From: Macrostomum lignano
Lineage: Eukaryota
Length of the DNA: 46,061 bases
Direction of reading: 5' to 3'
Assembly (NCBI GenBank): GCA_002269645.1
Contig: NIVC01002973.1
Coordinates: 1 to 46,061, forward strand
Both the position numbers and the translations under genes were made by a program. Under the pieces are notes generated by a model. The model ran no database searches and was not told where the DNA came from. It saw nothing but the letters and a program-made list of their open reading frames with translations. This document shows, in pieces, positions 1 to 12,800 of the stretch (positions are counted from its first letter, which is position 1; the number at the start of each line of letters is the position of its first letter).

Positions 1-1369
1 CAACAGCAGCAGCAGCAGCTGGCCGCTCTGGCCCAGTCTATGCAGCACAAGCACCCTCACGCTGCATGGCCAGCTCAAGCCGCATCACTCTCATCAGCAC
101 AGTCAGTCACAGCAGCAGCAGCAGCAGCAAGTTCAACAACAAATCAATTTTGTTGCTGATATACACGCTAAATTGCTACAGCACCAGCAGCAGCAGGCAG
201 CCAGCAGCAGCAACAGCAGCCGCATCATCATCATCATCATCATCATCATCACCGTCAGCAGACTCAGCGGCATCTTATCAAACGAATACAACAGCTACTG
301 TTGCGTCAGCCAGCATCAGCAGCAGTGGGCAACGCGGGTTTGTCTCTAGCGACTCAGCTGGGTATTCATCGGCGCAGCTCCAGTTTGGTAGCTCGTCAGC
401 TATTGCGGCTGAACGGCACCCATTGTTAACAGAGCAGCAGCAGCAGCAGAAACCACAGCAGCCACAGCAGCAGCAGCAACAGATATCAGCCGCAAGCAGA
501 GGCTCAGCTTTGCTGGCAGCAGCCGCTACGCCTGAGAAAACTGTCACCGCTGCCAAATTAATAGACGTTATTATTCACAACCAGATTGTTAGCAATCTGC
601 ATTCGCCTCCGCAGCAGGCAGCAACAGCAGCAGAAGCGCAACAATCTCAGCAGCAGCATCAACAGCCACACCGTCCCAGAGCAAACAGCAGTGCAGCTAC
701 GGTTGGCAATCTCGTCAGCAGGCACCGCCGGCAGCCTAAGCGTGCTCACATTTGGCGATCATATTGAGAAAATAATTTGCGACGATTTTAAATTAGATAA
801 ACAACAGCAAACAGCAGAAGAAGAAAGAAGAGCAGCAACAGGCTGCTGCTGAGAAGGCCGATTCGGATTCGCGGCTCGACTGCGGCAGCCGCGCCACGCA
901 GCCAGTCGGGCACGCCAACAGGCAAGCACTGGTCAGACGTTGCTAAAACTTTTGCACAAAAGTATCGAACAGCAAATCTTACAGACCAGCAGGCTTCTTC
1001 TAGTAGCAGCAATAATGCTTCAGGCGATGCTAGCAGGCCAATAAAAAACGATTCATGTTCGGCTCGTCCGTGTCGGCTCCGACTGTCGACGAGGCGACGC
1101 CCGCTAGACAGGCAACTCCGCCGAGTGCTCCAGCTGTGCAGCAAAGCTCCGCTGCAGATGCTGCTGCTGCCTGCTGCCTGCCCAGTCAAAAGCAGGAGGA
1201 GCAGCCGGAAGCCCAGCCTACCAATGCTACAGCTGCGTCTGATCGAACAGCTCAAGAATCTCTAAACTCCGATACAGTCAGTCAAGAAGCAGAGGGAAAA
1301 CAGGAGCAGCAACAACAGCAGCAGTCCTCTTCTGCCGCCACCAGTCGGGAGACTTGCAGATCGATTTAG
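1..1369 (+). CDS. NCOR: 3' part of an NCoR/SMRT(SMRTER)-like nuclear receptor corepressor gene; polyQ/polyS/polyA-rich; 5'-truncated by the window and broken by frameshifts (assembly errors or pseudogene)
   Basis: Frame 3, 537-587: KTVTAAKLIDVIIHNQI, resembling NCoR CoRNR box TITAANFIDVIITRQI. Frame 1, 742-789: VLTFGDHIEKIICDDF, resembling NCoR ITLADHICQIITQDF and SMRT VTLAQHISEVITQDY. The boxes are in the same order as in NCoR. Likely stop is TAG at 1367-1369, with AATAAA at about 1436. Confidence 0.72.
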
Positions 1370-1541
1370 AAGCCAAAGTGTCTGATACCTAATCTATTAG
1401 ATTGCGTTATTAAAACAAAAGAGAGAAGAATATTTAATAAAAAAATGCGTTGTCAGTCATTCCATGTCGTCATGTTAGCCATGCTTTTGTGCAGCTTTCT
1501 GTAGAACCTGTCTCAGCCTGCCGCCCAAAGAGACAGTTGTT

Positions 1542-2030
1542 TTTAAATTAAAACTTCCTTTTTAACTCACTGTCTGTCTGCTTGCTTTATAGACGTTTCT
1601 CCCGGTCAAGTTGCGAAATAACCGAAGCAAGACTTGGCACCCCTGGGTTAGAGTGCTCGGTCCTCCGTCTCTCCTGGGTTAGAGTGCTCGGTCCTTCGTC
1701 TCTCCTGGGTTAGAGTGCTCGGTCCTCCGTCACTCCTGGGTTAGAGTGCTCGGCACTCGGTCACTCCTGGGTTAGAGTGAATTAAAACTCGGTTTAAATT
1801 AAAACTTCTTTTTTTAACTCACTGTCTGTCTGCTTGCTTTATAGACGTTTCTCCCGGTCAAGTTGCGAAATAACCGAAGCAAGACTTGGCACCCCTGGGT
1901 TAGAGTGCTCGGTCCTCCGTCTCTCCTGGGTTAGAGTGCTCGGTCCTTCGTCTCTCCTGGGTTAGAGTGCTCGGTCCTCCGTCACTCCTGGGTTAGAGTG
2001 CTCGGCACTCGGTCACTCCTGGGTTAGAGT
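1542..2030. repeat. About 240-bp direct duplication, offset 251-252 bp (1542-1779 and 1793-2030)
   Basis: TTTAAATTAAAACTTC...GACTTGGCACCCCTGGG and the first repeat units occur twice in tandem. Confidence 0.9.
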
Positions 2031-3654
2031 GCTCGGTCCTCCGTCTCTCCTGGGTTAGAGTGCTCGGTCCTCCGTCTCTCCTGGGTTAGAGTGCTCGGTC
2101 CTCCGTCTCTCCTGGTTTAGAGTGCTCGGTCCTCCGTCTCTCCTGGGTTAGAGTGCTCGGTCCTCCGTCTCTCCTGGGTTAGAGTGCTCGGTCCTCCGTC
2201 TCTCCTGGGTTAGGGTGCTCGGTCCTCCGTCTCTCCTGGGTTAGGGTGCTCGGTCCTCCGTCTCTCCTGGGTTAGGGTGCTCGGTCCTCCGTCTCTCCTG
2301 GGTTAGAGTGCTCGGTCCTCCGTCTCTCCTGGGTTAGAGTGCTCGGTCCTCCGTCTCTCCTGGGTTAGAGTGCTCGGTCTTCCGTCTCTCCTGGGTTAGA
2401 GTGCTCGGTCCTCCGTCTCTCCTGGGTTAGAGTGCTCGGTCCTCCGTCTCTCCTGGGTTAGAGTGCTCGGTCCTCCGTCTCTCCTGGGTTAGAGTGCTCG
2501 GTGCTCCGTCTCTCCTGGGTTAGAGTGCTCGTCCTCCGTCTCTCCTGGGTTAGAGTGCTCGGTCCTCCGTCTCTCCTGGGTTAGAGTGCTCGGTCCTCCG
2601 TCTCTCCTGGTTTAGAGTGCTCGGTCCTCCGTCTCTCCTGGGTTAGAGTGCTCGGTCCTCCGTCTCTCCTGGGTTAGAGTGCTCGGTCCTCCGTCTCTCC
2701 TGGGTTAGAGTGCTCGGTCCTCCGTCTCTCCTGGGTTAGAGTGCTCGGTCTTCCGTCTCTCCTGGGTTAGAGTGCTCGGTCCTCCGTCTCTCCTGGGTTA
2801 GAGTGCTCGGTCCTCCGTCTCTCCTGGGTTAGAGTGCTCGGTCCTCCGTCTCTCCTGGGTTAGAGTGCTCGGTCTTCCGTCTCTCCTGGGTTAGAGTGCT
2901 CGGTCCTCCGTCTCTCCTGGGTTAGAGTGCTCGGTCCTCCGTCTCTCCTGGGTTAGAGTGCTCGGTCCTCCGTCTCTCCTGGGTTAGAGTGCTCGGTCCT
3001 CCGTCTCTCCTGGGTTAGAGTGCTCGGTCCTCCGTCTCTCCTGGGTTAGAGTGCTCGGTCCTCCGTCTCTCCTTGGTTAGAGTGCTCGGTCCTCCGTCTC
3101 TCCTGGGTTAGAGTGCTCGGTCCTCCGTCTCTCCTGGGTTAGAGTGCTCGGTCCTCCGTCTCTCCTGGGTTAGAGTTCTCGGTCCTCCGTCTCTCCTGGG
3201 TTAGAGTGCTCGGTCTTCCGTCTCTCCTGGGTTAGAGTGCTCGGTCCTCCGTCTCTCCTGGGTTAGAGTGCTCGGTCCTCCGTCTCTCCTGGGTTAGAGT
3301 GCTCGGTCCTCCGTCTCTCCTGGGTTAGAGTGCTCGGTCTTCCGTCTCTCCTGGGTTAGAGTGCTCGGTCCTCCGTCTCTCCTGGGTTAGAGTGCTCGGT
3401 CCTCCGTCTCTCCTGGGTTAGAGTGCTCGGTCCTCCGTCTCTTCTGGGTTAGAGTGCTCGGTCCTCCGTCTCTCCTGGGTTAGAGTGCTCGGTCCTCCGT
3501 CTCTCCTGGGTTAGAGTGCTCGGTCCTCCGTCTCTCCTTGGTTAGACTTCTCGGTACTCGCTCACTCCTGGGTTAGAGTGCTCGGTACTCGCTCACTCGG
3601 AAGTGAGTAAACCAATATTTGCATTTGACCTGGCTTCTTGACCGGAAAAACCTA
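1590..3654. mobile_element. Putative non-autonomous DNA transposon (MITE-like) with imperfect TIRs, TA-flanked, carrying a 31-bp tandem array
   Basis: Left end TA|TAGACGTTTCTCCCGGTCAAG (1590-1610, duplicated at 1842-1862). Right end CTTGACCGGAAAAACCTA|TA (3637-3654) is an imperfect reverse complement of it. No transposase ORF. Confidence 0.45.
1642..3590. repeat. 31-bp minisatellite (CTCCTGGGTTAGAGTGCTCGGTCCTCCGTCT)n, about 55 copies in the main array plus a short array in the upstream duplicate
   Basis: Period of 31 read directly (GGGTTAGAG at 1645 and 1676). Centre is homogeneous and terminal units are divergent. Confidence 0.97.
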
Positions 3655-3726
3655 TATATGCATGCGTGTGTCTATTTTGTTCTCACTAAACTATCATTTT
3701 GCCAAATGATAATAAATGTAAAATGA

Positions 3727-3731
<5 letters not shown>

Positions 3732-3758
<27 letters not shown>
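3732..3758. repeat. (TA)n microsatellite
   Basis: Direct reading. Confidence 0.95.
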
Positions 3759-3765
<7 letters not shown>

Positions 3766-4875
3766 ATAGCAAACTTGAAAATTCTGCGTTTGTAGTGTAA
3801 TCAATAATCAACTTTATGCACTTGTACGTTTGTATTTTTGATCAATAATTTTTCTTTGTCACTAATAAATGACCGTCCGTATTTAATAATAATTATTATT
3901 ATTGTGGCTGTCTGCCGTGGCTTAAATCGTTTTGTTATGTCATATTTTAAATGATGTAATGTGCATCACTTTATAAATGGTATATTTATAAAGTATTAGT
4001 TACTGGTATTGTGATTTTTATTCAATATTGTAATCCATCTGTTTTAACAAATATTAAAGTTCCAAGACTATTGCTACTCACAGTTATAGTTGCAAGAAGA
4101 CCGCGATTCCTTTCTCGGAATGGTTAATTAGAAATATGTGCATACTGAAACTATAAAATATAGATATGTTTGTTTGTTTTATTAAACTGAGGCTGTCACT
4201 ATTTAGTTACTGTTGGTGCACTTGTGCTAAAATACGCGTATATCTAAATGTGTACCGAGTGTAAACATTGTGCTAAACCTATTTTTTAACAAAAGTAGGA
4301 AAAATACCTAGTGTTACATGCCCTTAGAGTTCAATGTCTCGTACCTTGTGTTCCTTTGCATCTTTTCATGCGTTTTCAAGATTTTTTCTAGAAAAAATAA
4401 TGAAAATAATTTTTTAAACTCTACTCTGTGTGTGCATCCATTGGTTAGTACGTTTGTTGCATTGTTGTAGATTAATATATATTGTGTGTGCTCTGCTGCG
4501 CACGGTTACTATCGGTAACTACTCGTAATATTGTTAACGATCAAAAACTATATATTTAACATAATAAGATCATGTACGAATCAATGTTGAATATCGCGCT
4601 GGATAATACAGCGGTGACAAATTATTAAAAAAAAGACTTTTTATGAGGCTATATATGTGGCTATGGATTTTCGAGAGGTTTGTCTTTTATTTATTTAATT
4701 GGTAATTACGGCGCTCTTGTAGAAGCAGCACCTCTGTCAGTTAGTATGGAAGCGACAGTTGAGAAAATACTGCTGCAAGTTGATAATATTAATTATGATT
4801 ATAATTAACTGGGTAGTTAGTTAGATTTCACTGACGAGCTAAATACATTTTCTCTGTAGATAACCATAATTTTCT

Positions 4876-6205
4876 GGGTAGCTAATTAAAATTTGTTCGG
4901 TAGCTAATTAGAATTTGTTCGGTAGCTAATTAGAGTTTGTTCGTTAGCTAATTAGAATATGTTCGGTAGCTAATTAGAATTTGTTCGGTTGGTAATTAGA
5001 ATTTGTTCGGTAGCTAATTAGAAATTGTTCGGTAGCTAATTAGAATTTGTTCGGTAACTAATTAGAAATTGTTCGGTAGCTAATTAGAATTTGTTCGGTA
5101 ACTAATTAGCATTTGTTCGGTAGCTAATTAGAATTTGTTCGGTAACTAATTAGCATTTGTTCGGTAGCTAATTAGAATTTTTTCGGTAGCTAGTTAGAAT
5201 TTGTTCGGTAGATTGTTAGAATTTGTTCGGTAGCTAATTAGAATTTGTTCGGTAGCTAATTAGAATTTGTTGGGTAGCTAATTAGAAATTGTTCGGTAGC
5301 TAATTAGCATTTGTTCGGTAGCTAATTAGAATTTGTTCGGTAACTAATTAGCATTTGTTCGGTAGCTAATTAGAATTTGTTCGGTAGCTAGTTAGAATTT
5401 GTTCGGTAGATTGTTAGAATTTGTTCGGTAGCTAATTAGAATTTGTTCGGTAGCTAATTAGAATTTGTTCGGTAGATTGTTAGAATTTGTTCGGTAGCTA
5501 ATTAGAATTTGTTCGGTAGCTAGTTAGAATTTGTTCGGTAGCTAATTAGAATTTGTTCAGTAGATTGTTAGAATTTTTCGGTAGCTAATTAGAATTTGTT
5601 TGGTAGCTAGTTAGAATTTGTTCGGTAGCTAATTAGAAATTGTTCAGTAGGTAATTAGAATTTTTTCGGTAGCTGATTAGAATTTGTTCGGTAGCTAATT
5701 AGAATTTGTTCAGTAGCTAATTAGAAATTGTTCGGTAGCTGATTAGAATTTGTTCGGTAGCTAATTAGAATTTGTTCGGTAGATTGTTAGAATTTGTTCG
5801 GTAGCTAATTAGAATTTGTTCGGTAGCTAGTTAGAATTTGTTCGGTAGCTAATTAGAATTTGTTCAGTAGATTGTTAGAATTTTTCGGTAGCTAATTAGA
5901 ATTTGTTTGGTAGCTAGTTAGAATTTGTTCGGTAGCTAATTAGAAATTGTTCAGTAGGTAATTAGAATTTTTTCGGTAGCTGATTAGAATTTGTTCGGTA
6001 GCTAATTAGAATTTGTTCAGTAGCTAATTAGAAATTGTTCGGTAGCTGATTAGAATTTGTTCGATAGCTAATTAGAATTTGTTCGGTAGCTAATTAGAAT
6101 TTGTTCGGTTGGTAATTAGAATTTGTTCGGTAGCTAATTAGAATTTGTTCAGTAGGTAATTAGAATTTGTTCGTTAACTGATTAGAATTTGTTGGGTAGC
6201 TAATC
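4876..6205. repeat. 22-bp minisatellite (GGTAGCTAATTAGAATTTGTTC)n, about 60 copies
   Basis: Direct reading. Includes a higher-order duplicated block (5521 versus 5828, offset 307). Confidence 0.97.
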
Positions 6206-6400
6206 AAAGTTCGCTGGTAGTGGCAACGTAGTATCTAAATGGTTGTTAACTGGTTCAGTGTAGTAATAAAAGTTAATTAGCTGAATAATATGATAGTCAA
6301 GGATTGACAGTTGTAAATATTGGCATAAATGAGCTGTCTAATTAAATACAAATACGGATGCAATGTCTTTATATGCCTTGTTTGCATGCGAAATCTTCAA

Positions 6401-9400
6401 ATGGGAGAAGTTCGCGATGCAGCCATCACCCTTAGCAACAGCATTATCGGTGTGGCAATTCTCGCTATGCCCTACTGCTTTGCCCAGGTGTGTGTGTTGC
6501 CAATGATGCTTTTGCATATGAAAATCACTTTGCGTTGTATTTAATAACTAGCATTAGTTGACGGGTTTCAGCTGGTTCTGTTCGAGCTTGATGATGGATT
6601 CTGTCAATAATTCACGTCTATTCATAAATCCGTGTTTTAGATCTTATTCAGTAGATCTTTTATTTATAGATCTTATTCAGTAGATCTTGTAGTTCTAGAT
6701 CTATTCAGTAGATCTTGTAGTTCTAGATCTATTAGTTCTAGATGTATTCAGTAGATCTTGTAGTTCTAGATGTATTCAGTAGATCTTGTAGTTCTAGATG
6801 TATTCAGTAGATCTTGTAGTTCTAGATGTATTCAGTAGATCTTGTAGTTCTAGATCTATTCAGTAGATCTTGTAGTTCTAGATCTATTCAGTAGATCTTG
6901 TAGTTCTAGATGTATTCAGTAGATCTTGTAGTTCTAGATGTATTCAGTAGATCTTTTAGTTCTAGATGTATTCAGTAGATCTTGTAGTTCTAGATCTATT
7001 CAGTAGATCTTGTAGTTCTAGATCTATTCAGTAGATCTTGTAGTTCTAGATCTATTCAGTAGATCTTGTAGTTCTAGATCTATTCAGTAGATCTTGTAGT
7101 TCTAGATCTATTCAGTAGATCTTGTAGTTCTAGATCTATTCAGTAGATCTTGTAGTTCTAGATCTATTCAGTAGATCTTGTAGTTCTAGATCTATTCAGT
7201 AGATCTTGTAGTTCTAGATCTATTCAGTAGATCTTGTAGTTCTAGATCTATTCAGTAGATCTTGTAGTTATAGATCTTGTAGTTATAGATCTATTCAATA
7301 GATCTTGTAGTTCTAGATGTATTCAGTAGATCTTGTAGTTCTAGATCTATTCAGTAGATCTTGTAGTTCTAGATGTATTCAGTAGATCTTGTAGTTCTAG
7401 ATGTATTCAGTAGATCTTGTAGTTCTAGATCTATTCAGTAGATCTTGTAGTTCTAGATCTATTCAGTAGATCTTGTAGTTCTAGATCTTGTAGTTATAGA
7501 TCTTGTAGTTATAGATCTATTCAATAGATCTTGTAGTTCTAGATCTTGTAGTTATAGATCTTGTAGTTATAGATCTATTCAATAGATCTTGTAGTTCTAG
7601 ATGTATTCAGTAGATCTTGTAGTTCTAGATGTATTCAGTAGATCTTGTAGTTCTAGATCTTGTAGTTCTAGATCTTGTAGTTCTAGATGTATTCAGTAGA
7701 TCTTGTAGTTCTAGATCTTGTAGTTATAGATCTTGTAGTTATAGATCTATTCAATAGATCTTGTAGTTCTAGATGTATTCAGTAGATCTTGTAGTTCTAG
7801 ATGTATTCAGTAGATCTTGTAGTTCTAGATCTATTCAGTAGATCTTGTAGTTCTAGATCTATTCAGTAGATCTTGTAGTTATAGATCTTGTAGTTATAGA
7901 TCTTGTAGTTATAGATCTATTCAATAGATCTTGTAGTTCTAGATGTATTCAGTAGATCTTGTAGTTCTAGATGTATTCAGTAGATCTTGTAGTTCTAGAT
8001 CTTGTAGTTCTAGATCTTGTAGTTCTAGATGTATTCAGTAGATCTTGTAGTTCTAGATCTATTCAGTAGATCTTGTAGTTATAGATCTATTCAGTAGATC
8101 TTGTAGTTCTAGATGTATTCAGTAGATCTTGTAGTTCTAGATCTATTCAGTAGATCTTGTAGTTCTAGATCTATTCAGTAGATCTTGTAGTTCTAGATCT
8201 ATTCAGTAGATCTTGTAGTTATAGATCTATTCAATAGATCTTGTAGTTCTAGATGTATTCAGTAGATCTTGTAGTTCTAGATCTATTCAGTAGATCTTGT
8301 AGTTCTAGATCTATTCAGTAGATCTTGTAGTTATAGATCTATTCAGTAGATCTTGTAGTTCTAGATCTATTCAGTAGATCTTGTAGTTCTAGATCTATTC
8401 AGTAGATCTTGTAGTTATAGATCTTGTAGTTATAGATCTATTCAGTAGATCTTGTAGTTCTAGATCTATTCAGTAGATCTTGTAGTTATAGATCTATTCA
8501 GTAGATCTTGTAGTTCTAGATCTATTCAGTAGATCTTGTAGTTCTAGATCTATTCAGTAGATCTTGTAGTTCTAGATCTATCAGTAGATCTTGTAGTTCT
8601 AGATCTATCAGTAGATCTTGTAGTTCTAGATCTATTCAGTAGATCTTGTAGTTCTAGATCTATTCAGTAGATCTTGTAGTTCTATATCTATTCAGTAGAT
8701 CTTGTACTTCTAGATCTATTCAATAGATCTTGTAGTTCTAGATGTATTCAGTAGATCTTGTAGTTCTAGATGTATTCAGTAGATCTTGTAGTTCTAGATC
8801 TATTCAGTAGATCTTGTAGTTCTATATCTATTCAGTAGATCTTGTACTTCTAGATCTATTCAATAGATCTTGTAGTTCTAGATCTATTCAGTAGATCTTG
8901 TAGTTCTAGATGTATTCAGTAGATCTTGTAGTTCTAGATCTATTCAGTAGATCTTGTAGTTCTAGATCTATTCAGTAGATCTTGTAGTTCTAGATCTATT
9001 CAGTAGATCTTGTAGTTCTAGATCTATTCAGTAGATCTTGTAGTTCTAGATCTTGTAGTTCTAGATCTTGTAGTTCTAGATCTATTCAGTAGATCTTGTA
9101 GTTCTAGATCTATTCAGTAGATCTTGTAGTTCTAGATCTATTCAGTAGATCTTGTAGTTCTAGATCTATTCAGTAGATCTTGTAGATCTATTCCGTAGAT
9201 CAAAGTGCAAAGTCATATTCAAAATACTATTTTCATAACCTGAATCAACACCTACATAAACAAAAGCTGTTTACTGGGATTGAAGATGCAGGGATTGCAG
9301 AAGTATAGGATTCACTGAGTAATTAGACTCGTATCACTATGGGATGCTGCAGAGGCAGACTATTCCCATATGACCATTGCGCAGCAGATGATTTTCTAGC

Positions 9401-9765
9401 CTGCCGGGATGCACAATTTCCTTTCGTAAATTAGAACAAGAATTAAGTTGTTTTTAAGCATAAAAATGTTGAATTACTCAATAAATTAATATATTGAATA
9501 TGCAGCACTAGAAATGCTTAATTTATTAGCTCGTATTGCGAGTTTTGTCACGATCTAGCTGGGACACTTTTTTAAGTTCCGAAGGTTTATCTTATTTCTG
9601 CGAAATTATGTATAGTTCTCTATACTTCTCTACTACTAACGATGATACTTTAAGAGGGGTCGCCAAGCTGTGTGCTAACCAGTTTTTAGTATTGTAGTTA
9701 GCTAGTTCTAGTGCCTATCGTTTCCATGGTTTAAGCTGGCTGAATCCTCTGTTTCTTATGCTAAA

Positions 9766-9796
<31 letters not shown>

Positions 9797-9798
9797 GC

Positions 9799-9849
<51 letters not shown>

Positions 9850-12800
9850 CCTGCCTGTCTGTCTGTCTGTCTGCCTGTCTGTCTGTCTGTCTGTCTATGT
9901 GTCTGTATTTATATCTGTCTGTCTAAGTGTCTGTCTGTCTGCCTGTCTATCTGTTTTTTCTTCTGTCTTCCGTCTGCCTGCGTATCTGTCTGTCTACCTC
10001 TCAGTCCTGGTCAATAGTCAATCATTATAACTATGCACCAGTTATCCAGTAAGCAATCACGTTATGAACGCACTAGAAATGTTAATTAAAAGTTACGACC
10101 TAAAAAGTTACAGATTTTGGTTTCACTCGCAGTGCTCTGCATCTTTAACATAATGTCTAGCATTGATTTGTCAAGTTATTGCGCAGTTAGCAATCTTCAT
10201 TTTGCACTTTTAGTTTTCCGACTGTAAGCAGCTTGGTGCCTCTGAGTTGAAAAATTATGAAACTCGAAATTCGAGCTCAGTCTGCTGATGAAGGTGGAGG
10301 GTGAACAGGGGAAGGAGGGCTTAACAGGGTTTCCCCAGCCTCTCTCGTTTTTATCCCCGAGAAGCTTTAAAGCTGATTAACGTTGCAACTGCCTTTGTGT
10401 CCCGGGAGAGTGGGCCTTCTCTAGTGTCTCTCAAATGATAAATTCTTTATAATCTGCTTCATAAAACCTAAGCAGGTGCCAGTGCAAGCCCTGTTTTAAT
10501 CTTTTCGATTAATTCGGTGATAGGAACGTGTAAATGCATTTAGAATCATGGGGAGAGTTTTAGGGAGAGACGTATGTTGAGATTAGAGAGAGTCAATGAG
10601 AGATCTAGATGTTGAGATTAGAGAGAGTCAATGAGAGATCTAGATGTTGAGATTAGCGAGAGAGTCAATGAGAGATCTAGATGTTGAGATTAGAGAGAGT
10701 CAATGAGAGATCTAGATGTTGAGATTAGAGAGAGTCAATGAGAGATCTAGATGTTGAGATTAGATAAGAGTCAATGAGAGATCTAGATGTTGAGATTAGA
10801 GAGAGTCAATGAGAGATCTAGATGTTGAGATTAGAGAGAGTCAATGAGAGATCTAGATGTTGAGATTAGAGAGAGTCAATGAGAGATCTAGATGTTGAGA
10901 TTAGAGAGAGTCAATGAGAGATCTAGATGTTGAGATTAGAGAGAGTCAATGAGAGATCTAGATGTTGAGATTAGAGAGAGTCAATGAGAGATCTAGATGT
11001 TGAGATTAGAGAGAGTCAATGAGAGATCTAGATGTTGAGATTAGAGAGAGTCAATGAGAGATCTAGATGTTGAGATTAGAGAGAGTCAATGAGAGATCTA
11101 GATGTTGAGATTAGAGAGAGTCAATGAGAGATCTAGATGTTGAGATTAGAGAGATTCCATGAGAGATAGATGTATAAATTAGAGAGTCAAGATAGATGTT
11201 TGGATTAGAGAGAGTCAGTGAGAGATGTTGAGTTTAGAGTGTCAAGGAGAGATAGATGTATTTATTAGAGGGAGTCAATGAGAGATAGATGTTGAAATTG
11301 AAGAGAGTCAATAAGAGATAGATGTATAGATTAGAGAATAGAGAGTCAAGATGGATGTTTGGATTAGAGAGAGTCAATGAGAGATGTTGAGTTTAGAGTG
11401 TCAGGGAGAGATAGATGTTGAGATTAGAGAGAATCAAGGAGATTGATTTTGAGTTTAGATTGTCAAGGAAAGATAAATATATGGATTAGAGAGGGAGTCA
11501 ACGAGAGATATATGTTGAGATTAGAGGGAGTCAATGAGAGATAGATGTTGAGATTAGAGTTGGCGTCAAGGAGCGGTGTTCCATCGCTAAACGAATATAT
11601 GATTAATGTCTATAAAATAACGTCGGCTGACTTCTTTTTTCTTCGATATGTTTCGCTGTGAAAGAAAGCTGTTGTTTTTTCTTTTTAATTTAGGGCAAAA
11701 CCAGTGCCGGGGCAGCAGGTCAATGGCTTCTTCTGTTGGCCGCATGTTTTCGTCTTACGATGGCTTTTCTAGCTTTGTTTACGTTCGAGTTGATCACGGT
11801 TAACTGGCTACTCAGCTTGAGTAAGGGCTAAGAACTAATTCTAATTATGAAAACTAGTCTCAGTGTTGATGAAATACGGTTCGAATTCACTGTGAATGGT
11901 GCTCATAACTCAACTCAAAGCTGGTCTGAAAGACACTCATAAGCTAACCTAAGAAGTGACTCATAATCTACCCTACGAAGTGACTCATAAGCTACTCTAA
12001 AAAGTGACTCATAATCTACCCTATGAAGTGACTCATAAGCTACTCTAAAAAGTGACTTTCTAAAAAGCGACTCATAAGCTACTCTAAAAATGACTCATAA
12101 GCTACTCTAAAAATGACTCATAAGCTACTCTAAAAATGACTCATAAGCTACTCTAAAAATGACTCATAAGCTACTCTAAAAATGACTCATAAGCTACTCT
12201 AAAAATGACTCATAAGCTACTCTAAAAATGACTCATAAGCTACTCTAAAAATGACTCATAAGCTACTCTAAAAATGACTCATAAGCTACTCTAAAAAGTG
12301 ACTCAAAAGCTAGCCTAAGAAGTGACTCATAAGCTAGCCTAAAAAGTGACTGATAAGCTACTCTAAGAAGGGCCTCATTCGTATTCCCGCCCACAGTGCG
12401 GCTTCATTCTAGCCACAATTTTGCTGGTCCTGTCCGGCCTAGCAACTGTGCACTCCTGCAGCATGCTGCTGAAATCAGCCCTAGCAACTAAACGTAGAAG
12501 CTACGAGTTTCTGGCTCACCACGTGTACGGTCCGCTTGGTAAAGTTGCTGTCGAGTTCAGCTTGATTGGACTGTCAATCGGAAGTCTGGTAGCATTTTTC
12601 GTCATCATTGGCGACCTGTGTCCTCAAGTGTTGGCGTCCTTATTAAATTTGTCGCCTAATATTGTTCAGACGCCAACTGGGCGAGCCGTTGTCATGGCAA
12701 CCATTGCTCTGTGCGTTATTATGCCTCTGTCGATGATGCGAGATCCGTCTGTGTTGTCTAAGATTAGCGCGGCTTCGCTTGCGTTCTACGCGATCTTCAT

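Noticed and set aside
9758-10030. ORFs of LSVC repeats (also 23896-24811 and antisense DRQT 23951-24373)
   Set aside because: Stop-free translations of (CTGT)n microsatellites. Only 24509-24694 is a real exon.
11855-11905. GGTTCGAATTC as a tRNA/SINE B-box
   Set aside because: No A-box, cloverleaf or SINE tail could be identified.
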